Below are positions 9,849 to 18,774 of a stretch of 64,000 bases of DNA, piece by piece. The stretch's first letter is position 1, and each line of letters opens with the position of its first letter. A model generated the notes under the pieces. The model worked only from the letters and a program-made list of their open reading frames with translations, was not told the DNA's origin and did no database searches. A program made the position numbers and the translations under genes. The stretch is from Bacilli bacterium (GTDB lineage: Bacteria > Bacillota_I > Bacilli_A > RFN20 > CAG-826), in assembly GCA_045222195.1 (NCBI GenBank), contig JBGUXN010000029.1, forward strand, positions 742 to 64,741. The letters run 5' to 3'.

Positions 9849-12800
9849 CTAATCTTCTTTTCTCTTGGCTAAGATCACACCAAGTCCCATAACGGCAACA
9901 AGTGCCATTAAGGAAGAAGCAGCAACGATACTACCACCACAACCTTTTTTCTTTGGTTTTTCTGGTTCGATGAGCTCAACTTCTGGTGAGTTAGCAAGAA
10001 CGATGAGTTCAAAGCTTCTACCCACTGTTGCAGTGCTATTATCATCAAACTTCAATTCCACTAAGACGTGGATGAACTTATTGAATGTCGCATCTAAAGA
10101 ACCAGTGATGTGGTTGTTAGCAAAGCTGACACCTTCTGGTAATGGAGTGAATGGGTCAATCTTGACGTTGACTTCTTGGATGTTCTTACCATTATAAGAC
10201 CCACCGACTTTGATTTCGCTTGGTAAGGTGACTTCGACATCGATATCTTCACCCGCTCTCACAGCGTATTGTCCCATTTCATTGACACCAGAGAATTCCA
10301 TACCTTCAAGTGGAGTAATGAAGCTGCTGAGATATTTGCTAGAACGGATGTTCATCCAGATGCATTGTTGTGCCATTTTTCTCACTGCGTACCACCATGA
10401 ATATGATTCATATGTATCGCCTTCGTATTTGAAGGTTGGGCAACCGAGTTCAGCATCCCAAGTAGCATTCATATCACCAGTATAACTAGAACCATCTAAT
10501 TGTTGGTTACAGCCAGCGAGGATACGGTTATTGATGTTTTCATAGCAGTTTCTATTATGCGCACCATTGCTATGGTGAGTCATATCGGAAATGATACTAC
10601 CTTTGAAGCCCCATTCTTCTCTTAAAACTTCAGTTAAGAGTGGGTAGCTAGCAGCGGTTTCCATTAAACCTAAACGGTTATAGGAAGACATGATACCTAA
10701 GGATTTACCTTCTTGAATTGGGAGTTGGAAAGCCTTTAAGTAGATTTCACGTAAAGCTTGTTCACTGAGGTAGGCAGAAACGCCTTCTCTTTCTTTTTCT
10801 TGATCGTTAACAGCGAAGTGTTTGAAGTAACTATAAACACCTCTATCAGAAACACCAGCGACCACTCTACCTGCCATACGGCCAGTTAAGAATGGATCAG
10901 CGGAATAGTATTCGAAGTTACGGCCACCGAATGGAGAACGGTGAATGTTGACGCCTGGGCCAGCCCAGCCTTGTGTGCCTTCGATTTTACCTTCCATACC
11001 AACGCAATCGCCTTGTTGTCTAGCTAATTCAACATTGTATGTTGCGGCAACGATTGGGCCAGAGACCCACCAAATGATTTTGAATCTTTGTGGACCATCG
11101 CTATCGCCAGTTGCTTGTTTACCAAAACGAGAAATTGCTGGGTTATGGTTGCTACCACCGGAGACGAATTGAAGCATTTCGCTATATGTCATTTGATCCA
11201 TGAATTCATCCCATCTTGGATCATCCATGTCTGTATTCATGAGGTCAGTGACTTTGATGTTAACTGTACCATTTGTATTTTCCGCTTGTGTCCAACCTAA
11301 TTCTTCGATATCTTCTTTGGTCTTATGAGCGGCTTCAGGAACGTATTCGAATTCAGAATCTTCACCATCTAAATCGTATAAGGTGAATTCGTGAGTTAAG
11401 AATTCTTCCGCACGGCTATCAGCACCCAAGGTTCTATCTTCAATTGTTGGATGGGTTGGGAAGGTTTCTTCGAAATCTTCACGGCTCATTTGTGTGAATT
11501 CAAAGTCATCATCACTTGGTAAAGAGCTATAGAAACCTCTATCAGTGAAACGGTTTTTAACTTCACCACCAGTGAATCTATCAACAGCGTATTGGAGACC
11601 TTTTTCTTGCACTTTGAAATCGACTGTTTCAATTTCTTCGTGAGCGTTTTTACCTAAAACGAGTTGATAATCACCACCATCGAGTTCATAACCGGCAAAG
11701 CCGTTATTATTGGAATCCATAAAGTCGTAGTTAGCGACATCTTGTAAATAGAATTCTAAAGTGACTTCTTGTTCGTCTTGTGGGTCTAAAATATCAGTTT
11801 TAGCAAAAGCACAGAGAACTTTACTAGCTTTTTCAATGCCACCTTTGATATAAGGAGCGCGGAAATATAATTGGACGACTTCTTTACCGGCGACATTACC
11901 AGTATTTTTAACTTTGACTTTAACTTCAACCTTAGTGTCTGGATTAGAAACAGCTTCTTCTGGAAGATTATTGGAAACGATTTCTTGTTCAAATGTTGTG
12001 TAGCTTAAACCATAACCAAATGGATAAACAACACCGCTTTCGCCTTCGTACCATGCATCAGCGGCATTTTCATCTTCCGCTTTCATGTCGTCGTATTTTG
12101 TTTCGTAATAACGATAATCGTAATAAATACCTTCTTCGTAGCTGACATAGGAGCCTGGTTTAACACCGTTTAAGCCACCTTTAACAACAAAGTTCTTTTC
12201 ATCCGCCCAGTTTGGTTTTTCGTGGTCGGTATAGCTCTTATCAGAACCATAGGACATGACTGGATAACCATCAGCGGTAATCATGGTATTTTGCGCAGCA
12301 AAAACTGGTTTGCCATTAGCATCTTCAGTTAAGTTTGTTTGCGCGTTATCAGCGAAGTTTTGCCATGTTGGATCAAGGGTAAAATCTCTCGCCCATGTAT
12401 CAACTGTATGACCTGATGGGTTGACTTGACCAGAGACAATTCTACCTAAAGCACCTGGACCAACGTCACCTGGGTTACCAATCCAAATAACCGCAGAAAC
12501 TTTTGGATCGTCTTCAAAGACACCACATTCAAAAACGTTACTGGAGTTAATGAGCATAATGATGTGGTCGGTGTGTTTATGTAATTCATCAAATAAAGCT
12601 TGTTCGTTATCGGATAGCTCTAAAGCGTGCTTTTCTGTAAAAGCGGCATTATTGTTATCGCGGCAATCGCATGTCTTAAGGTCGCAACCTTCACTACCTT
12701 CACGAGTGATGAGTTGGAAGATGGCGTCACCATAAGTGGACATGGATTCAAGTTCACTTGAGGAATAAGAACTTAATGGAGTTTCACCAATTGTGACTTG

Positions 12801-13241
12801 GGAAACACCTGTCCAACCAGTGTTGCCATTGGTACGGCCATTCCCTGATCGAGAAGAACTATAGAAGCTCTTAAGTGTCGGGTTAACAGTACAACCAACT
12901 TCTGTTAAAGAGGATTCAAGATCGTAAGCGTATGATCTGACGTTTTGGTGAATACCACCCGCACCAGAACCAGAACCACCTCTTAAAAGATCGTTTGTCG
13001 CTTTGCCTGCGAGGGACACTTTTGCGCCTTCGGTTTTCATTGGAAGGAAGCCGTCATTCTTTAAAAGAACGAAACCTTCATCCGCTAACTGGGCGTTAAC
13101 TTTAACAGCGTGCTTGATGTAGTCAGATTGATTATTGGCTTCGCCAAACATTTCGGCGTTAACAGCGTGCGGGCTTTTAGCAAAGCCTAATGGTAGAGCC
13201 ATCGCGGCAAGAAAAATAGGAATAAGAATTCTTTTCTTCAT
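9849..13241 (-). CDS. GH3 beta-glycosidase, secreted, permuted domain order, C-terminal GC-motif/TM/basic tail (tandem paralogue of 6176..9583)
   Basis: 1130 aa. Signal peptide MKKRILIPIFLAAMALPLGFAKSPHAVNA. Motifs: FVLLKNDGFLPM, YPFGYGLSYTTF, VKVKNTGNVAGKEVVQLY, NIHRSPFGGRNFEYYSADP, KHFAVNDQE, WGFKGSIISD. Ends KKKGCGGS-TM-KRKED. Confidence 0.9.
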   Translation of the reverse strand: MKKRILIPIFLAAMALPLGFAKSPHAVNAEMFGEANNQSDYIKHAVKVNAQLADEGFVLLKNDGFLPMKTEGAKVSLAGKATNDLLRGGSGSGAGGIHQNVRSYAYDLESSLTEVGCTVNPTLKSFYSSSRSGNGRTNGNTGWTGVSQVTIGETPLSSYSSSELESMSTYGDAIFQLITREGSEGCDLKTCDCRDNNNAAFTEKHALELSDNEQALFDELHKHTDHIIMLINSSNVFECGVFEDDPKVSAVIWIGNPGDVGPGALGRIVSGQVNPSGHTVDTWARDFTLDPTWQNFADNAQTNLTEDANGKPVFAAQNTMITADGYPVMSYGSDKSYTDHEKPNWADEKNFVVKGGLNGVKPGSYVSYEEGIYYDYRYYETKYDDMKAEDENAADAWYEGESGVVYPFGYGLSYTTFEQEIVSNNLPEEAVSNPDTKVEVKVKVKNTGNVAGKEVVQLYFRAPYIKGGIEKASKVLCAFAKTDILDPQDEQEVTLEFYLQDVANYDFMDSNNNGFAGYELDGGDYQLVLGKNAHEEIETVDFKVQEKGLQYAVDRFTGGEVKNRFTDRGFYSSLPSDDDFEFTQMSREDFEETFPTHPTIEDRTLGADSRAEEFLTHEFTLYDLDGEDSEFEYVPEAAHKTKEDIEELGWTQAENTNGTVNIKVTDLMNTDMDDPRWDEFMDQMTYSEMLQFVSGGSNHNPAISRFGKQATGDSDGPQRFKIIWWVSGPIVAATYNVELARQQGDCVGMEGKIEGTQGWAGPGVNIHRSPFGGRNFEYYSADPFLTGRMAGRVVAGVSDRGVYSYFKHFAVNDQEKEREGVSAYLSEQALREIYLKAFQLPIQEGKSLGIMSSYNRLGLMETAASYPLLTEVLREEWGFKGSIISDMTHHSNGAHNRNCYENINNRILAGCNQQLDGSSYTGDMNATWDAELGCPTFKYEGDTYESYSWWYAVRKMAQQCIWMNIRSSKYLSSFITPLEGMEFSGVNEMGQYAVRAGEDIDVEVTLPSEIKVGGSYNGKNIQEVNVKIDPFTPLPEGVSFANNHITGSLDATFNKFIHVLVELKFDDNSTATVGRSFELIVLANSPEVELIEPEKPKKKGCGGSIVAASSLMALVAVMGLGVILAKRKED
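9852..9953 (-). other. C-terminal tripartite sorting-signal-like segment (KKKGCGGS / hydrophobic helix / KRKED)
   Basis: The last 34 aa are KKKGCGGSIVAASSLMALVAVMGLGVILAKRKED. Confidence 0.5.
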
Positions 13242-13413
13242 ATGTTTTTCCTTTCTAAGAAAAACGCCTAATTTGTCTCGTACGAGTACGCATTCAAAAA
13301 AGATAATTGAATTAATTATGTGCGTTTCCTTATATTTACATTATACATTTTAAATAAATTTAATCTTTATTTTATATGATAAATATGCGTTTTCTGTAAC
13401 ATTATGTATCTAG

Positions 13414-13441
13414 TTGCATATATGAATTTTTCTTATATAAT
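13414..13441 (+). promoter_or_regulatory. Sigma-70-type promoter for ssrA
   Basis: TTGCAT (13414-13419), a 16-nt spacer, then TATAAT (13436-13441), about 20 nt before the mature 5' GGGG. Confidence 0.5.
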
Positions 13442-13462
13442 AGATATGCTTTTAAGCAGCAT

Positions 13463-13853
13463 GGGGTTGAATAGTTTCGACAGCGATGTGCTTAGCTTTA
13501 GCTGCAGCGGCCGGTAACCTTAAACCAAAACTAAAAATAACTGCCAACAGTTATATGAGAGCTCCTAGAGCTCAATCTCTCTGCTTAGCATAGTTCTACC
13601 CGACATAGGGACCGACCAATAGGGCCGGACAGAGCATCCTCCAAGGTTTTCTCCTTTCACGCTTGGTCAGGGTGTCATACCAAAAGGATAGGGAAAGAGA
13701 GTGGACTTGTTACTCTTACCGAAACTTAGTAAGTCTCGCGTAAACTAGTGAGTCAATATACGACCTTACGTTAAAATCTAAAATATTGTCTAAGCTGTAG
13801 ACGCTTCTGCGGGTAATCGTTGGACGCCGGTGCGATACCGACCAGCTCCACCA
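13463..13853 (+). ncRNA. ssrA: tmRNA (transfer-messenger RNA)
   Basis: The 5' end GGGGTTGAATAGTTTCGAC pairs with the 3' end CAGCTCCACCA, forming the acceptor stem with the G3:U wobble. The tRNA-like 3' end is GGACGCCGGTGCGATACCGACCAGCTCCACCA. The resume context AAAAATAACT-GCC matches the E. coli-type AAAAAUAGUC-GCA context. Length is 391 nt. Confidence 0.92.
13543..13593 (+). other. tmRNA tag reading frame: (A)ANSYMRAPRAQSLCLA-stop
   Basis: GCC AAC AGT TAT ATG AGA GCT CCT AGA GCT CAA TCT CTC TGC TTA GCA TAG, starting 81 nt from the 5' end. Confidence 0.65.
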
Positions 13854-13864
13854 CTCGATAACTA

Positions 13865-13890
13865 CTCTGGGAAACCGGAGTTTTTATTTT
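13865..13890 (+). terminator. ssrA terminator
   Basis: CTCTGG-gaaa-CCGGAG followed by TTTTTATTTT, immediately after the CCA end. Confidence 0.6.
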
Positions 13891-13900
13891 ATAAACAAAA

Positions 13901-13928
13901 AACTTCCGCCCAACTTACGGAAGTTTTA
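13901..13928. terminator. Second, bidirectional hairpin terminator
   Basis: AACTTCCG-cccaactta-CGGAAGTT flanked by an A-run and a T-run. Confidence 0.5.
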
Positions 13929-14093
13929 GTTTAATCGCTTTTAAAAGGAGATTATAGCGATTTGATCCAAGATTTAACTTGGAGGTGAGAAGGAAATTTG
14001 TAAATCAATCAAGATTTACGCCCTCTATTATGCCGAAATAAATTGATACAATCATTTATTTTCGTGCTTTTTTTGTATAGACAAGTTTGCGTA

Positions 14094-14124
14094 GAAAAAA
14101 GGCCAACCCATTATGAGTTGACCT
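14094..14124 (-). terminator. Terminator of the GH3/membrane-protein operon
   Basis: Minus strand AGGTCAAC-tcataatgg-GTTGGCCT followed by TTTTTTC, after the stop at 14152. Confidence 0.6.
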
Positions 14125-14151
14125 AATTTATAAGTTTTAGTCTAAGACTAA

Positions 14152-15558
14152 CTATTCAGTGACTGTGACGGTAATCTTAGCTTCGAAGCCATTCCATTTT
14201 GCGGTGACTTCATATTCACCAGCTTCAGTAAAGGCTTGTCCATCTTTGATACCTGTACCATCAGTCCAACTGACTTCACTAGCTTTAAAGACAGCGGAGT
14301 AATTCAAGTTCTTTAAGATACGGTCAGCAACCCAACCAGATCTATCGAACACTTCACCGACTTTGAATTCAGTACCTGTGCTAGATGGGTCAATCGCTAA
14401 AGCGACTTCTGGATAGTACATATAACCGGCGATTTCCATGGAACGTGTGCCCCAAGAGAAGCCGAGGTAGATGTGAGCACGCCAATCATAGAAGCCACTT
14501 GCAGGTTCGAAGTTAATGAATTCGTATTTAGAGACGTTACCAACTAAGTTGAGGCAGTCTTTAGATTCATCAACATCTTCTGTGGCTGGATCATCAGCAG
14601 GAGCGTCTTTAGAAGAGTTATACCAGAAACCTCTAATGTCTGTACCACCGATTCTACCACCATAGATACCATCTTCCCAAAGGTAGATGCTACCATATGT
14701 TTCACTATAGTCACCTTGATAGCCTTCAGCGTATGCGCCTTCAAAGACGTAGACGAGATTATGACCAGCACGAGTACCGCTTTGTGTTGGAACACCACTC
14801 ACCGCGGAGAAATCAGTATATTCATCTTGTTCTTCGATGAAAACTGCTGTTGGATCAAAGTCATATTCGTAAGCATCAGCGACTGATTTAATATCGTCGG
14901 TGATTGGATCAAATTGTGGTTCATCTGGGATTGGCTCTTCGCTACTAGAAGGAGCGACACTTTTACCAGAAGCATTTTTCTTCACTAAGTCAGCAGAGAC
15001 TAAGGAAGAAACCAAGATAGCGGCTAAGACAAGAGCGCCAGCGCCACCAATTTTAGCTAAGTTAACAACACCTTCAACTTTCTTCATGTCAGCTTTTGCT
15101 TCGTCTTCTTTTTTGTAGAAGCCTAAGAAAGCGACAACGACAGAAACGATAAAGATGATGAAAATCATGATGAAATAGAAGAAGTTGAGACCAACGTGAC
15201 CACCATTATACATAACCTTATTAGCAATACCGGCAAAGAAGTCAGCAATGACAACAACATCTTTCATAAATGCTAAGCCAATCATGACGACAGCGGCAAT
15301 TTGAAGGAATCTATATTGAGGAACGATTAGAACGGCGATTTCCACTGCGGCACCCGCTAAGAGGAAAATACCGATTGTTTCAACGACTAAGCCTTCGGCT
15401 TTATTACCCATTGTTGGAGTATCTTCAACGCCTGGGAAGGCTGGGCTCTTATATGTTAAGAAGAAGAAGATGCCCATGAATAAAGATAGAAGTGCAACAC
15501 CGGCGGCAATATAGTAACCGACAGATTTGTTTTTAAAGAAATTTAAAATCTTTTCCAT
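14152..15558 (-). CDS. Polytopic membrane protein (about 5 TM) with a large extracytoplasmic C-terminal domain; function unknown
   Basis: 468 aa with a strong RBS AAGGAGGT. It starts 18 nt after the GH3 stop. The N-terminal half is hydrophobic. A Ser/Pro/Glu linker follows. The acidic, aromatic-rich C-terminal domain ends in an Ig-like strand pattern (EYEVTAKWNGFEAKITVTV). Confidence 0.7.
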   Translation of the reverse strand: MEKILNFFKNKSVGYYIAAGVALLSLFMGIFFFLTYKSPAFPGVEDTPTMGNKAEGLVVETIGIFLLAGAAVEIAVLIVPQYRFLQIAAVVMIGLAFMKDVVVIADFFAGIANKVMYNGGHVGLNFFYFIMIFIIFIVSVVVAFLGFYKKEDEAKADMKKVEGVVNLAKIGGAGALVLAAILVSSLVSADLVKKNASGKSVAPSSSEEPIPDEPQFDPITDDIKSVADAYEYDFDPTAVFIEEQDEYTDFSAVSGVPTQSGTRAGHNLVYVFEGAYAEGYQGDYSETYGSIYLWEDGIYGGRIGGTDIRGFWYNSSKDAPADDPATEDVDESKDCLNLVGNVSKYEFINFEPASGFYDWRAHIYLGFSWGTRSMEIAGYMYYPEVALAIDPSSTGTEFKVGEVFDRSGWVADRILKNLNYSAVFKASEVSWTDGTGIKDGQAFTEAGEYEVTAKWNGFEAKITVTVTE

Positions 15559-15575
15559 ACTATGTTACCTCCTTT

Positions 15576-18500
15576 CTATTCAGCACTCACAGGTTCGGAG
15601 TTATCATTTTCTCCACCTGCTTTAGCGCCTTTTAATGACATGATTTCGAAGAAGGCATAGACACCGACTAAGATAGCGGCGATACCAGCACTACCGATGA
15701 CAATACCAGTCACGGCTTTCTTCCACCATGGATTTAATTGTTCAGCGATTTCTTCTTCGCTGACTGGGGCGACACCACCCATCCAAGATCTGCTCATCGC
15801 ATACATGATGTATTTGTTGGCTCTTTGTAAATCTTGTAAGAGGGCACCATCGTGTTTACTTGTAATCCAGTCTCTTAATTGGCCACCACGGTTACCGTCT
15901 AAGCAGAATAAGTCGGTACCACTATGGAGCATGGCTGGACCATTGGAGTAGTTAGATGTATTACTACCTGTTAAAGCATCGTCAATAATTTGACCTCTAT
16001 ATTTCCATTCACCTCTCATGACGTTCATCATTAATGGTTCATGACATGCGGCGTATCTAACACCGATTCTGTTATAAGAAGTCATAATACCTAAGCCGTG
16101 GCCTTTAGTTAAAGCGCCTTCGAATGGCTTTAAGTAGATTTCTCTAAGAGCTTGTTCATTACAGAATGTAGCAACACCTTGTCTACCACTTTCTTGGTTA
16201 TTTAAGAAGCAGTGTTTAATATTCATGATTAAACCTTTTCTTCTTGCTTCACCAACAATGTTAGCGGCGACATTGTAATTTAAAATAGCGTCTTCAGACA
16301 TATATTCGGAAGCACGGCTACCATATGGGGTTCTATTAATATTGGCACCTGGAGCGTTAACACAAGCCACACCACAGAATAAAGCGTCTTCACCATAGAA
16401 ACCACCAAATTTCTTTTGCATTTCGTGATCCCATGTACCTGTATATGTTGGGCCAGTTGGGAAACCAGTAGCCCATCTCTTATCACCGTATTGGTATTTG
16501 CTTAATAAGCCTTCTGGACCTTCGGCAACGGAGTTACCTGGTTTCATAACTTTCTTAACAGCTAAGATACCACGGTTATCACTGACGGAGATGACTAAGT
16601 CATTTAAGTTCATTTGAGAAATGAATCTATCCCAAACATCCGCACCATTTTCACCAAAGAATCTGCTATCGGCGTCTTCAACTTTACCATCTAATGGAAC
16701 ATTAGCCATTTCGTTGAAGGTAATCTTGTCATCGCCTAAATCGACGTTATAGACATCACCATCGCCATCTTCATATCTTGGAGCATCGGCAGGAACGTCT
16801 TTATAGTAGTTAGACATATCTCTTTCCGCACTTGGTGCTGGGTTACTTGTTGTAGCGGTTGGCCATGTGGTATCCCAGTGTTGTCTATCTAAGTAAGTGA
16901 TGCCACCGGATTTACCATCATCGTGATTCTTTTCACCGACGAACCAGTTATAATCAGCGTCATCAAATTGGTTGACAACATCAACGCTTGGATCGTAGTG
17001 AGATTTTCTATAGGTAATTGGATCATCGTCAAATTCTAAGGTCTTGACGCAAGCGTCATTACCGATATAGGTTTCACCATTGTGGTCATATAATTGAGCA
17101 CTTGGTTCTTTAACGGAAATGATGTTATTTAAAGCTTCGTGAGCACCATTACCGACAGCAAAATAATATTCGCCACCTTCTAAGATATAGGTTTTATTAA
17201 TCTTGTAGTCGTATGTGGTTAAGAAATATTTATCGAAGGAGAGTTTAACTTTTTCAGTCTTGCCCGCTGCGACATCTTTCTTTTCATATGCCATTAAAGC
17301 AATTGCGGATTTACCTAAACCGTTTTCTTTATCGAAATCAGTATATGGAGCTTGGACATATAATTGTACAGAGGCTTTGCCATCCATCTCACCAACGTTT
17401 TTGACTTCGACTTCCGCTTCGATTGTATCGTTTTCTTTATTTTCCTTTAAGGAAACGATTCTTTGTTCAAAATTGGTATAGCTTAAACCAAAGCCGAATG
17501 GATAACCCATTTCTTCAGCGTAGTTCCAAGAACCACCTGTGGATTTATAAATACCTTTATTGCTATCAGCATTGCCTTGATTGAGGACTAAGTCTTCATA
17601 TCTAGTTTCATAGTATTTATAACCAACATAGACGCCTTCTTTATAGACGACGACTTGGCTGTTACCAAAGTTTTGATAAGCGGCACTGCTGGAAGCAGAA
17701 GCAGCGAATGTATCTGGAGCGTGACCAGAAGCATTGACAACTTTACCTTCGGCATCTTTGCCCATTAAAACGTGAACGATACCACCGGCACCATAATAGC
17801 CAGGAACACCCATATAAACACAGGCGTCAATGCCATATTGTTCATCGTTAACCCAGTCAGTAGACATCGCTAATGGGGAGTTGATTAAGACGATAACCTT
17901 TTTGAATGTACCGTTATCTTTGTACTGTTTAACTAATTTTAAAAGATTAGCTTCGTCATTCTTAAGATCGAGTTGACCGGCACCTGGGTCGGTATTTTCT
18001 GTACCGATACGGACAAATGTAATAATAGCAGCGTCACCATATTCAGCTTTAATTGCGCTTTCTTTGGTTTCACTGTACCTTTCAACATTTGTTCCAGGAG
18101 AAGTCATGCTGCCTTCGTTAGAATAACCATTGAAGAGTTCTCTGTTGATCTCGAAACCATTTGCTTCAAAAGCGGCATCGAGCTTCACAACTAAGTTGTT
18201 GTTTGGCGCAGCACCACCGGCACCAGAACGCATGAATAAGTTCTTGCTACCACGACCTAAGAGGGTGACTTTTCTTTCATTTTCTTTTAATGGAAGGGCG
18301 TCGTTATCGTTTTTAAATAAAACAGAACCTTGTTCGACAGCTTCTTCACAGAATTTGTAAGAATCTTTGATCATCTTTTTCCAACCAGAGTTGGATAAAG
18401 AACCATCTTCTGCTGCGTAGGCTGAACCTTCGACTTCATCGGAATCGATTTTGTCGATTTTTTGTGTGGATAGACCTAAAGCGTCATTGATAAGACCTTC

Positions 18501-18593
18501 ATTAGCGTTGGCGAGTTGTTGGGCTGCTAACACCAATGTCAAAAGGGCCACACCACTAACTGCTAGACCTAACCATAGTTTTGGCTTTGCCAT
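15576..18593 (-). CDS. GH3 beta-glycosidase, permuted domain order, N-terminal signal and C-terminal TM anchor
   Basis: 1005 aa with RBS GAAAGGAA. Motifs: VLFKNDNDALPL, VTLLG, YPFGFGLSYTNF, VEVKNVGEMDGKASVQLY, NINRTPYGSRASEYMSEDA, KHCFLNNQE, WKYRGQIIDD. C-terminal TM VTGIVIGSAGIAAILVGVYAFF. Confidence 0.9.
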   Translation of the reverse strand: MAKPKLWLGLAVSGVALLTLVLAAQQLANANEGLINDALGLSTQKIDKIDSDEVEGSAYAAEDGSLSNSGWKKMIKDSYKFCEEAVEQGSVLFKNDNDALPLKENERKVTLLGRGSKNLFMRSGAGGAAPNNNLVVKLDAAFEANGFEINRELFNGYSNEGSMTSPGTNVERYSETKESAIKAEYGDAAIITFVRIGTENTDPGAGQLDLKNDEANLLKLVKQYKDNGTFKKVIVLINSPLAMSTDWVNDEQYGIDACVYMGVPGYYGAGGIVHVLMGKDAEGKVVNASGHAPDTFAASASSSAAYQNFGNSQVVVYKEGVYVGYKYYETRYEDLVLNQGNADSNKGIYKSTGGSWNYAEEMGYPFGFGLSYTNFEQRIVSLKENKENDTIEAEVEVKNVGEMDGKASVQLYVQAPYTDFDKENGLGKSAIALMAYEKKDVAAGKTEKVKLSFDKYFLTTYDYKINKTYILEGGEYYFAVGNGAHEALNNIISVKEPSAQLYDHNGETYIGNDACVKTLEFDDDPITYRKSHYDPSVDVVNQFDDADYNWFVGEKNHDDGKSGGITYLDRQHWDTTWPTATTSNPAPSAERDMSNYYKDVPADAPRYEDGDGDVYNVDLGDDKITFNEMANVPLDGKVEDADSRFFGENGADVWDRFISQMNLNDLVISVSDNRGILAVKKVMKPGNSVAEGPEGLLSKYQYGDKRWATGFPTGPTYTGTWDHEMQKKFGGFYGEDALFCGVACVNAPGANINRTPYGSRASEYMSEDAILNYNVAANIVGEARRKGLIMNIKHCFLNNQESGRQGVATFCNEQALREIYLKPFEGALTKGHGLGIMTSYNRIGVRYAACHEPLMMNVMRGEWKYRGQIIDDALTGSNTSNYSNGPAMLHSGTDLFCLDGNRGGQLRDWITSKHDGALLQDLQRANKYIMYAMSRSWMGGVAPVSEEEIAEQLNPWWKKAVTGIVIGSAGIAAILVGVYAFFEIMSLKGAKAGGENDNSEPVSAE

Positions 18594-18774
18594 ATAAAAT
18601 TCCTTTCCCGCATTTATGCATGCGAATAAAAAACATTAAAAACATTCGACATGAATTATTTTTTGTTCTTCACCTATTATTTTACCCACACTTGCGTGTA
18701 TAACACGTAGGATTAACTTGCGATAAAGGCGTGTATGAATATGTGTGTGACAAAAGTAAGAAATATAAATTATA

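Noticed and set aside
13501-13593. Longer tmRNA tag frame starting at GCT 13501 (the same frame stays open upstream of the chosen resume codon)
   Set aside because: The A-rich AAAAATAACT context immediately before GCC 13543 matches the conserved resume-codon context, and the position (nt 81) is typical. The upstream region is expected to form pseudoknot 1.
2602-18360. Many 60-160-aa ORFs nested in or antisense to the large GH3 genes, e.g. 3724..3912, 4566..4952, 7113..7523, 8782..9255, 9231..9638, 10945..11172, 17215..17481 and 18130..18360
   Set aside because: These are shadow ORFs of long, strongly supported genes. They have no RBS and compositionally odd products (rich in Ser, Pro, Thr and Leu) and occupy alternative frames of high-confidence CDS.
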